DNA from: the human T2T-CHM13v2.0 reference genome, Homo sapiens
Assembly: GCF_009914755.1 (NCBI RefSeq)
Contig: NC_060934.1
Strand: one strand, 5' to 3'
Length of the DNA: 64,000 nt
Shown here: one piece after another, positions 1 to 12,619 of the stretch
Position numbering within the stretch: position 1 is the stretch's first letter
Layout of the letters: each line of letters starts with the position of its first letter
The notes under the pieces: model-generated
Seen by the model: only the letters and a program-made list of their open reading frames with translations
Told to the model about the DNA's origin: nothing
The model's database searches: none
Made by a program: the position numbers and the translations under genes

Positions 1-699
1 CAATTGGACATTGCTAAGAATGCTTTCAGAGCTGAATTATAGCAAAAATATGGGAAACTTTAAATGTCAACAGATGGAGATGGCTAAATTGTCACATCCA
101 GACCATGAGCTGCCTCTGTGGCCGACAGAAGGGTGAGTCAGTGATCATATCCACTGGCTTGCAAGTGTCTTGAAGAAATCACTGTAAGTTAAAGCAGCAC
201 AAGTTGTAGGACAGTGCACAAAAACTCTCATTGGTCTGGAAGAACGTACAGCAACCCAGTGACTTTGCGGGGAGGGCTGTGGCTCTGGGGAGGGGGGCGC
301 AGAGGAGGGGTCGATGCTGCCACAGTTGTGCTTCTGAGTCCTGTGAGACCATCACAGTGAGAGTGTACGCAGTTTCTTAAAAAAGAAAAACATAGGTTTT
401 CTAGAAACTCATCTATCATGAGATAGAGCAGTTCAGTCAGCGAGTATTGATGGCCTGCTCTGAGCAGGGAGGGGACCAGGCACAGGCCCTGCCCACGGGA
501 GCGCGCACCTAGTGCAGAGGCAGACCCTCGGCTGTGGCAGCAGGCAGGGCTCCGTGGTAGCTGGCTGCTGTTCTGCGCACCCCACAGGCCCTGGGTGAGG
601 CAGCTGAACGCATGGAGAGGCCTGCTGCTTCCCTGTGCCACCCTCTGGGCCTGCGCTGGCCCAGGCACTGGTGAGATACTTTGTATGGCCCAGAGTGCT

Positions 700-1790
700 G
701 TAGTCAGAGTCCAAGGGAAAATCTTTGTGCCTAAATGTTCATATCTAATATACAAAGAATGGCTACTAATTGATTTTAAAAATCTGAGAATCCAGTAGAA
801 GAAATGGGCAAAAAGTATGGCAGGCAGTCCACAGAAGAGGAAATCCAAGCCACCGTAAATACATGAAAAGATGCTCAGCCTGTGAGGGACACGTAGGGTG
901 GACGTGAGGCGCCTGTGTGGTCGGCAGGAAGGAGCCGAGGTGGTGGAGCGTGGGGAGGAGCCGAGGTGATGGAGCAGCGTGGGGAGGAGCCGAGGTGGTG
1001 GAGCAGCGTGGGGAGGAGCCGAGGTGATGGAGCAGTGTGGGGAGGAGCCGAGGTGGTGGAGCAGTGTGGGGAGGAGCCGAGCTGGTGGAGCAGCGTAGGG
1101 AGGAGCCGAGGTGGTGGAGCGTGGGGAGGAGCCGAGGTGGTGGAGCAGTGTGGGGAGGAGCCGAGGTGGTGGAGCAGTGTGGGGAGGAGCCGAGGTGGTA
1201 GAGCAGTGTGGGGAGGAGCCAAGGTGGTGGAGTGTGGGGAGGAGCCGAGGTGGTGGAGCGTGGGAAGGAGCCGAGGTGGTGGAGCAGCGTGGGGAGGAGC
1301 CGAGGTGATGGAGCAGTGTGGGGAGGAGCCGAGGTGGTGGAGCAGCGTGGGGAGGAGCCGAGGTGATGGAGCAGTGTGGGGAGGAGCCGAGGTGGTGGAG
1401 TGTGGGGAGGAGCCGAGGTGATGGAGCAGCGTGGGGAGGAGCCGAGGTGATGGAGCAGCGTGGGGAGGAGCCGAGGTGGTGGAGTGTGGGGAGGAGCCGA
1501 GGTGGTGGAGCGTGGGAAGGAGCCGAGGTGGTGGAGCAGCGTGGGGAGGTGCTGAGGTGGTGGAGCGTGGGATAGAGCATGGAGGCTGCTGCCACCAGCT
1601 GCTCGGAAGGCATCCTTCCAAGTTAAGAACGTGTCCTTTGAACACATTTAGGAGTCCATTTTATAGAAATAAAAGCAATCATATAGGCATTTAGTTACAC
1701 AGAAGTGTATCTGTGTATTTCAGTATTGTTGGAGAGACAAGCATAAATAAATACAACTCCAGTTTCCATGTCCATAACAGGGAAGCGGTT
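700..1790 (+). mobile_element. Highly degenerate old L1 (L1M/L1ME-type) ORF2 3' remnant, interrupted by a minisatellite
   Basis: Segments such as 'atatctaatatacaaagaa...gaaatgggcaaaaagtatgg...cacagaagaggaaatccaagc...aaatacatgaaaagatgctcagcc' resemble L1 ORF2 3' sequence. Similar AT-rich L1-like sequence resumes after 1575. Boundaries approximate. Confidence 0.55.
928..1572. repeat. G-rich minisatellite, 26/29-bp units (GGGGAGGAGCCGAGGTGGTGGAG[CAG]YGT), about 23 copies
   Basis: Direct tandem repetition visible in the sequence. It generates the repetitive ORFs at 228-1647. Confidence 0.95.
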
Positions 1791-2498
1791 CCACGCATTG
1801 GCCCGGGGAGGGCAAGCTCCCAGCTCCCTGCAGCTGGGCAGGAGGACACGAGAGGGCGCCACGGCCTTGGGTGGCCACTGCTGGGTGGATCCCACTGGAC
1901 AGTGGCACCCACGGGCTGGGCTGGGCTGGGCGGGCCTGGGGAATCATGGCCGCTGGCTTTGCAGCCTGGTCCTGGAGTGTGCCCCCAGCCCTGCATGTGC
2001 TTCTGCTGATCCGTCACTGTGTGGTCACACCCCAAGTACATTCGATGGGGTGGGAGCCTTGAGGCTGCGGCTGCTGAAAGGGCTGCAGAGCTAAAGCCTG
2101 TGGCTGGGTGAAGCCTGGGTCTGTCACCTGCTTTGTAAAATGCACTGCACTTCTCTTCATGTCACTCTGAAACCAGCCATGACTTGAGCCCATATTTTGG
2201 GCTTCACGTCAGTGGCATGTTTGACACTTGACATACAAACCCTGGCGCAAAGCCCATTCCACGCCACCAAAGCGGCAGCCTGTTGTAGACTTCGCCAGTG
2301 TGTTCGTGTTTATATTTGGTTCTTTGCTTGCTCACTCAAGAGCTGGATGTTCGAAAAAGTCTTCCTTCTCTATATTTTAGAGTGGGAGTAAAATGTGGAT
2401 GGGTGGGCTTCCCTCCAAATACATACTTTTAATGTCTTTTAAAATAAAATTAAGTGTCTGATTTTAAAAGAAAAAAACACCCACTGGATTTAGCATTT

Positions 2499-2778
2499 AT
2501 TTATTTATTTATTTACGAGACAGGCTGAAGTGCAGTGGCACAATCTTGGCTCACTGCAACCTCTGCCTCCCAGGTTCAAGCGATTTTCCTGCCTCAGCCT
2601 CCTGAGTAGCTAGAACTACAGGCATGCGCCACCACACCTGGCTAATTTTTTGTGTTTTTAGTAGAGACAGGTTTCGCCATGTTGGCCAGGCTGGTTTTGA
2701 ACTCCTGACCTCAAGCAGTCCACCCGCCCCGGCCTCCCAAAGTGCTGGGATTACAGGTGTGAGCCACTGCGCCCGGCC
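2499..2778 (-). mobile_element. Alu (AluS-type), antisense, with 13-bp TSD
   Basis: (TTTA)n tail, then Alu reverse complement ending 'gagccactgcgcccggcc'. GGATTTAGCATTT flanks both sides (2486-2498 and 2780-2792). About 20 bp are deleted near the tail end. Confidence 0.95.
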
Positions 2779-3839
2779 AGGATTTAGCATTTGTTCTTTT
2801 CTTTCTGTTGGAAGAACCTTTGGGAGAATCCTGATCACCTGAAAGTGTCCCAGCTCTCAGTCAGCCAAGAGTTTCCTCTGCTGTGTCTGCAGCCTGTGCC
2901 TTGCTTTATGGTGGGGTGGGAGGGATAGGAAAAGGTTGGTGGGTGGTCCCTGGTCCTCCCTGCCTCCCATCTTTCCGCCCTTTCTGGTTGCCGAACACTT
3001 TCTAAGTGTCAGGCATGTACTAGGATTAAACTAAGGGCTAGACAAAGGCCCCGGCCTGGAAATACATTTGGAGGAGAGAATGGCAGATACAACCATTCCA
3101 AACGTCATCTCAGTAAATGCTAAATGGACCCTACGAGTCTCCACATTGCAGTAGCCCCTGGTTGGAAGTTCTTCTCTCCCACTCTGTTGCCAGGGTTCCC
3201 TCCTACCTGTTTTTGTCATCCGTTGGTTTCTGACAGTCCCCGGGAACACACTGCAGGCACCCGCACAGGCCCAAAGCTCCCTGAGGTCCGGAGGGGTCAG
3301 CGTGGCTCTCACATGTGTCCACTGGAGGCAGCAGCGAGCAGCACTGGTCACGCCGCCGTTGGGGTGCTAGCCTCCTCCTGCCTAGGTTGCACATCACAGC
3401 GAGTGTTGGGTCCTCCCAGGTCTCCCTGGTTCTGGCACTGAAGCTGGAGAAACAGATCTGGGGCCCCTGTGGAGAGGGGCCATCTAAGGACGCCTGTAGG
3501 AAGCCAGCCACTGCAGCAAACCTGGCGTGGGGGGCATAAGGGCATGCAGGGCAGCCTTCCGAGCTACCCCAGGGTCCCCTCACTCTGCATCTTTACCTCC
3601 TACCCCAGCCTGGGCTGTCAGGGAGGCCCCAGAAAGATGTCCAAACAGATCCCAGTAGGACGCGAGAGCTAGCCAAGACCTGGGGGGATGACTGCGTTGC
3701 ACAGGGACCGTCTACCCGGGGCGGCCTCGGACCCACCTCTTCGTGGACGAGGAGCTAGTCTAACACACCTTGCAGGTTAGCTTTGTGGAAAAACATCATC
3801 TACTGGGATTCCAGAAATCATCTTGTTGCATTTTCCTAG

Positions 3840-4046
<207 letters not shown>

Positions 4047-4990
4047 TGAGGAGCCCTGAAACTCCAGGCTGTGGCGGGCCCCAGGCTGTGGCGGGCTCCA
4101 GGCTGTGGTGGGCTCCAGGGAGAGCCAGGTAACCCTGGAAGATGGGGTCCTTGCCCTCAGGGAACTGCTGTCACCCAGCCATGGCTCCTGTAGGTCACCA
4201 GGATACAGAGTGCTCCCGAGCCCTCTGTAGTGGGTGCTGCTGTGGGCGCCAAGGGGAGACGCGATCCGAGATCCACCCGCTGCAGTCCCTGCCCTGCCCT
4301 GCCGTGCCCTCCCCACCTCACCGCCGCTGCCTCCCCAGGTCTTCTCATGCTGAGTTCTGATCCCATTTCTTCCCACCCCAGCTTCCTTAGACCTGACCCT
4401 CAGGGCCGCTCAGCCCTTCCCCTCATGGGGTGTTGGGTGAGGCAGCGAGGCCAGGCGTTGACCCAGGTGAAGGGGACTCAGGCAAAGTAGCCACCATGGG
4501 GTGGAGGAAACAGCCAGAACCGAGAAGCTGTGTCAGGAAGCACTTGAGACGTTTTGATTTTGAGTCCCTGGCCAGGGGGCGGCCAGGCTGCTGGGCAGGT
4601 TGTCATCCCCGGGAAAGGCAGGCAGCCACAGGCCCATCAGGGATAGCTGGTGAGCCACAGAGGATCCTGGAGTTCAGGAGAGCAGGGAGGGATATTTGGG
4701 AAGCCTGGTGCTAACCTGGGACCAACGTGAGGGGAAGGGTAGGGGCTCAGAGGCATGCACTTGGCACTGGGGAGTAGGGATGGATGGAGCAAATGGGGCT
4801 GAGGAGCACTGGGTGGCCCGGCGAGTTCACGGGGCAGGACACGCTCCACAGTGCCTGGTGGACAGAGCAGAGTCGGGGCGCAAGGCAAGGACGGAAGCTG
4901 GAGGCTGGTCCCTGGGTGGGTCCCTGGCTGGGCCTTGAGGGGAGGGGAGGGGCTTCACTGGAGAGTGACAGCAGCTGTTCAGGGTTCCCG

Positions 4991-5615
4991 GGGGTTCACC
5001 CTTCTCACCTCACAGCAGCTCGGGGGTCCAGGGCTCACCCTTCTCACCTCACACCAGCTCGGGGGGCCAGGGTTCATGAACCCTCTCACCTCACAGCTGC
5101 TTGGGGGTCCGGGGTTCACCCCTCTTACCTCACAGCAGCTCGGGGGTCGGGTTCATGAACCCTCTCACCTCACAGCTGCTCGGGGGTCCGGGGTTCACCC
5201 CTCTCACCTCGCAGCAGCTCAGGAGTATGGGGTTCACCCTTCTCACCTCACACCAGCTCGGGGGTCCAGGGCTCACCCTTCTCACCTCACAGCAGCTCGG
5301 GGGTCTGGGGTTCACCCTTCTCACCTCACAGCAGCTCAGGAGTATGGGGTTCACCCTTCTCACCTCACACCAGCTCGGTGGTCCAGGGCTCACCCTTCTC
5401 ACCTCACACCAGCTCGGGGGTCCAGGGCTCACCCTTCTCACCTCACACCAGCTCGGGGGGCCAGGGTTCATGAACCCTCTCACCTCACAGCTGCTCGGGG
5501 GTCCGGGGTTCACCCCTCTTACCTCACAGCAGCTCGGGGGTCAGGGGTTCATGAACCCTCTCACCTCACAGCTGCTCGGGGGTCCGGGGTTCACCCCTCT
5601 CACCTCGCAGCAGCA
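4991..5615. repeat. Minisatellite, ~39-bp unit (GGGGTTCACCCTTCTCACCTCACAGCAGCTCGGGGGTCC), about 16 copies
   Basis: Direct tandem repetition with variant units. Confidence 0.95.
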
Positions 5616-6629
5616 TTCCTTTGATTTTCTGCGTTCACAGCTTCTATAGCTGGGTTAGTGGCTGCACCCTGGGGATGATCACTGGGCTCCCTAGTCGCCT
5701 CCACCTCCTCTGAGCCGTGTATAAGGACCAGGCTGACACGGAGCCTCAGTGTGGACACACCTTCTTGTCCAGGCATTTCCCACGCCGACTCTTCAGCTGG
5801 GCCCCTCCCTCGCACCTCCCAGGCGTCCTGGGAAGCCAAGGCTGGCCTCAGGGAGACCACTGGAGACCCCAGGGCATGAGCACTGCTCTCCGGTGCCCCC
5901 GTGCTTTCCTGGCCTGCACCAGGCTCGCTGTGGCTCTCACTGAAAGCGCCTCACTGCACTCAGAGGCCAGAGCAGAAGAGACCGTGGGGCCTGAGCTTGG
6001 AAGGCCCAGGGCCTGGCCCCGGCCCTGCTGCTCAGCGTACGTCTGCCAGGGGGCTCCCCACTCAGTTTAACGTACCCTGGATCCCGGCTGCGATGTAAGA
6101 AACCTGGAGGAAGGGTGAGGTGGGATGAGATGTGGGTGACAAAGGGCATGTTCTGTTCCTGCAGAATTTGTTCCTCCTGGAGGCTGACAGTGTTTAGGGA
6201 AAATCTCGAAGGCCAACTAGGTTGTATTAACTCCCCAACCTCGTGAAAATGGCTTAGACTAAAACCATTTCGTCTCAAACATTTGAATGTTCTCTTACAT
6301 CCTCCAGGGAGTTTACCTGCCATATTTGGCCTTTAAAAAGCCCACAGCAGACCACAGTGGCCCGCTAACCCCCCATCACCCTGGGCACAGTAAAAGCTGG
6401 AGTCTGAGGCGCTGACACAGGGCATGCCCTGACCTGAGGGCTCTGTTCTGTAGAACTCCAGAGGACATCATGCTTTCTTTTCCATAGTTACTCTGAAAAG
6501 CAAGCAAAACCGGCACAAACCCTGCTGCTGGGAGTAAGAGGGTCTTCGGAGAGGCTGAGTGAGACTGTGTGCCATTGTATTCACAGTGGCGCATGCACCC
6601 ACGCCCGCACCAACACCCACACCACACCC

Positions 6630-9600
6630 ATGACCACACCCACACTTACATCTACCTCCACACCCGCGCTTACACCCACGCTTACATCTACCTCCACACC
6701 CACACTCACACCCACCCACACTTACACCCACGCTTACATCTACCTCCACACCCGCGCTTACACCCACACTTACATCTACCTCCACACCCACACTTACACC
6801 CACACTTACATCTACCTCCACACTCGCACTTACACCCACGCTTACATCTACCTCCACACCCACACTTACACCCACGCTTACATCTACCTCCACACCCGCG
6901 CTTACACCCACGCTTACATCTACCTCCACACCCACACTCACACCCACCCACACTTACACCCACGCTTACATCTACCTCCACACCCACACTCACACCCACC
7001 CACACTTACACCCACGCTTACATCTACCTCCACACCCACACTCACACCCACCCACACTTACACCCACGCTTACATCTACCTCCACACCCACACTCACACC
7101 CACCCACACTTACACCCACCCTTACATCTACCTCCACACCCACACTCACACCCACCCACACTTACACCCACGCTTACATCTACCTCCACACCCACACTTA
7201 CACCCACCCACACTTACACCCACCCTTACATCTACCTCCACACCCACACTCACACCCACGCTTACATCTACCTCCACACCCACACTCACACCCACCCACA
7301 CTTACACCCACCCTTACATCTACCTCCACACCCACACTCACACCCACCCACACTTACACCCACGCTTACATCTACCTCCACACCCACACTCACACCCACC
7401 CACACTTACACCCACCCTTACATCTACCTCCACACCCACACTCACACCCACGCTTACATCTACCTCCACACCCACACTCACACCCACCCACACTTACACC
7501 CACCCTTACATCTACCTCCACACCCACACTCACACCCACCCACACTTACACCCACGCTTACATCTACCTCCACGCCCACGCTTACACCCACCCACACTTA
7601 CACCCACGCTTACATCTACCTCCACACCCACACTCACACCCACCCACACTTACACCCACCCTTACATCTACCTCCACACCCGCACTCACACCCACGCTTA
7701 CATCTACCTCCACACCCACACTCACACCCACCCACACTTACACCCACCCTTACATCTACCTCCACACCCACACTCACACCCACGCTTACATCTACCTCCA
7801 CACCCACACTCACACCCACCCACACTTACACCCACCCTTACATCTACCTCCACACCCACACTCACACCCACCCACACTTACACCCACCCTTACATCTACC
7901 TCCACACCCACACTCACACCCACCCACACTTACACCCACCCTTACATCTACCTCCACACCCACACTCACACCCACGCTTACATCTACCTCCACACCCACA
8001 CTCACACCCACCCACACTTACACCCACCCTTACATCTACCTCCACACCCACACTTACACCCACCCACACTTACACCCACCCTTACATCTACCTCCACACC
8101 CACACTTACACCCACCCACACTTACACCCACGCTTACATCTACCTCCACACCCACACTCACACCCACCCACACTTACACCCACCCTTACATCTACCTCCA
8201 CACCCACACTCACACCCACCCACACTTACACCCACCCTTACATCTACCTCCACACCCACACTCACACCCACCCACACTTACACCCACCCTTACATCTACC
8301 TCCACACCCACACTCACACCCACCCACACTTACACCCACCCTTACATCTACCTCCACACCCACACTCACACCCACCCACACTCACACCCACGCTTACATC
8401 TACCTCCACACCCACACTCACACCCACCCACACTTACACCCACCCTTACATCTACCTCCACACCCACACTCACACCCACCCACACTTACACCCACGCTTA
8501 CATCTACCTCCACACCCACACTCACACCCACCCACACTTACACCCACCCTTACATCTACCTCCACACCCACACTCACACCCACCCACACTTACACCCACC
8601 CTTACATCTACCTCCACACCCACACTCACACCCACGCTTACATCTACCTCCACACCCACACTTACACCCACCCTTACATCTACCTCCACACCCACACTTA
8701 CACCCACCCACACTTACACCCACCCTTACATCTACCTCCACACCCACACTCACACCCACCCACACTTACACCCACCCTTACATCTACCTCCACACCCACA
8801 CTCACACCCACGCTTACATCTACCTCCACACCCACACTCACACCCACCCACACTTACACCCACCCTTACATCTACCTCCACACCCACACTCACACCCACC
8901 CACACTTACACCCACGCTTACATCTACCTCCACACCCACACTCACACCCACCCACACTTACACCCACCCTTACATCTACCTCCACACCCACACTCACACC
9001 CACCCACACTTACACCCACCCTTACATCTACCTCCACACCCACACTCACACCCACGCTTACATCTACCTCCACACCCACACTCACACCCACCCACACTTA
9101 CACCCACCCTTACATCTACCTCCACACCCACACTCACACCCACCCACACTTACACCCACCCTTACATCTACCTCCACACCCACACTCACACCCACCCACA
9201 CTTACACCCACCCTTACATCTACCTCCACACCCACACTTACACCCACGCTTACATCTACCTCCACACCCACACTCACACCCACCCACACTTACACCCACC
9301 CTTACATCTACCTCCACACCCACACTCACACCCACCCACACTTACACCCACCCTTACATCTACCTCCACACCCACACTTACACCCACCCTTACATCTACC
9401 TCCACACCCACACTCACACCCACGCTTACATCTACCTCCACACCCACACTCACACCCACCCACACTTACACCCACCCTTACATCTACCTCCACACCCACA
9501 CTCACACCCACCCACACTTACACCCACCCTTACATCTACCTCCACACCCACACTCACACCCACCCACACTTACACCCACCCTTACATCTACCTCCACACC

Positions 9601-10365
9601 CACACTCACACCCACGCTTACATCTACCTCCACACCCACACTCACACCCACCCACACTTACACCCACCCTTACATCTACCTCCACACCCACACTCACACC
9701 CACCCACACTTACACCCACCCTTACATCTACCTCCACACCCACACTCACACCCACCCACACTTACACCCACCCTTACATCTACCTCCACACCCACACTCA
9801 CACCCACCCACACTTACACCCACCCTTACATCTACCTCCACACCCACACTTACACTCATGCTTACATCTACCTCCACACCCACACTCACACCCACCCACA
9901 CTCACACCCACCCTTACATCTACCTCCACACCCACACTCACACCCACCCACACTTACACCCACCCTTACATCTACCTCCACACCCACACTTACACCCACG
10001 CTTACATCTACCTCCACACTCGCACTTACACCCACACTTAAATCTACCTCCACACCCACACTTACACCCACGTCCACACCCTGGGGCCCCACACTCAGGC
10101 AGTCCGCGTCCACGCTTACATCTACCTCCACGCCCACACTTAACACCCACCCACACTTACATCTACCTGCACACCCACGCTTACACCCACGTCCACACCG
10201 TGGGGCCCCACACTCATGCAGTCCGCGTCCACGCTTACACCTACCTCCACGCCCACACTTACACTCATGCTTACATCTACCTCCACGCCCACACTCACAC
10301 CCACCCACACTTACACCCACCCTTACACCTACCTCCACGCCCACACCCTGGGGCCCCACACTCAC
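6630..10365. repeat. Large CA-rich VNTR, mixed 36-bp and 52-bp units built on CTTACATCTACCTCCACACCCACACT(C/T)ACACCCAC
   Basis: About 3.7 kb of tandem repeat with almost no G on the + strand. It generates the spurious 1289-aa and 1293-aa ORFs. Confidence 0.97.
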
Positions 10366-10657
10366 GCAGACTGGAGTGGACCCCGCCACCCCACAGCTCA
10401 CCTGCAGCAGATCCCCAGCTCTTTCTACCACCCTGAGTCATTGTCTTTAAAATTGAAGGAACCCCAAACCCCTGAGCCCCAGTGCTAACAGAAAATATGT
10501 TTAAAATCATAATTGAATACACTTTTCTGTTTGTCTGTTTAAGGATTTAGGAAAACCGTGTATTCCATGTGGGAACAGAAACCTGCTTTTCCCTTCATGT
10601 GGTGCAGTGTGCAGTGTCCTAAATGTGTCATATCTTAAATCAATTTGAGGTTTTTAA

Positions 10658-11388
<731 letters not shown>

Positions 11389-12619
11389 AAAACATTGTTT
11401 TATTAAAAATAAAGAGAACTCACTGTGCCTCTTCAGAGCATGCGCTCTCTAAAACCGTGGGACTGTGTGGAATGTGTCTTATGAGGTGTAGAAATTCCCA
11501 GAATTACAGTTGGTCACATGAGAAGGAAAACATTTCAGCCGAGGGGCTGAGCCCTCAAATGTGCCAGGCCACATGGCGGGCCTTGGCATCTCAGCACTGG
11601 GAATCTGATGGCAGGAGTGGCAGCCTGCTGACAGGGACTGGGAACCAGTCCTCTCCACATGTCTGTGGGGTCCTTGCTTGAGGTTTTGCACCCAGCTGAT
11701 CCAGGCTGTGGGCCCAGGGCTGGGCCATGAGGGGCGTCACTGCAGAGAGGGGTCTGGCTGAGGCCACCGGACCATGGCTGACACGCTCGGTGTCTATGTA
11801 GGGAGGCCGATATTCATGGGGATCCGAGGCCTCCTGACCAGGAGCCTCCTAAGCAGAACTGCTCACGGAAGTGGCTCCTATATATTTGGAATGTTAACCA
11901 TCCTCTCAGCCACCGCCAGTGCTGTTTATTCACTCAGCATACGCTGATGCCCACCTCCTGGTACTTGGAGTATCCTGGGCTGTGGGAGAGACGCAGGAAT
12001 GAAGGAAAGTGCTTTGCTGCCCGAACTGCTGCCTGGCCAGCCCATCCAGCTGTAGAAGGACACAGCTGCTGTCCCTGGCAGTGAACCTGGATACCTGTGT
12101 CCCCACCCTTCCTGCAGCCATAAGGATTCTGGCCTGTCCTCTCAAGCTACCCAAGGCCCCTGGCTGGTGGCCTCTTCCAGGTCAGTGTACCATGCCCGAA
12201 CACAGGTCAGGCTGGTGCGAGCTGCATCGGGGCTGCCCCCAGAGCATGCAGCACTGTCACGGGGGAGGAAGCAACCCTGGCCTTCCTGTCCCCACACCCC
12301 ATCTGCAGGCTCCATTCCCACCATTTCCGCTGTTTCCCTCTCTCCTAGAGCCGGAGATGGGAGAGAGGAGGCATGAGGGCAGGATGTGGAGCCACTTCAT
12401 GGAGACCCCACCCAACCTGACTCGGACCCCACTTCTGAGACTCTTTTCCTCCTCAGCCCAAGGAGTTTGTATCTGCCTTTAGATAAACTCTTATTCTTTC
12501 TAAATCCATCGTTTATGAGTATGACCTTGTCCTTGGACACCCAAACCCTGCCTCTTAGGGCTGCAAAACATCTGTGTCTTAACCCATCACTTCACATTAG
12601 GGACACAAAAGTCGATTTG

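Noticed and set aside
228-1694. Repetitive ORFs on both strands
   Set aside because: Derived from the minisatellite.
6567-10450. 1289-aa and 1293-aa His/Thr/Pro ORFs
   Set aside because: They are translations of a G-less VNTR in which stop codons are almost impossible. They are intronic and have no exon signals or domain.
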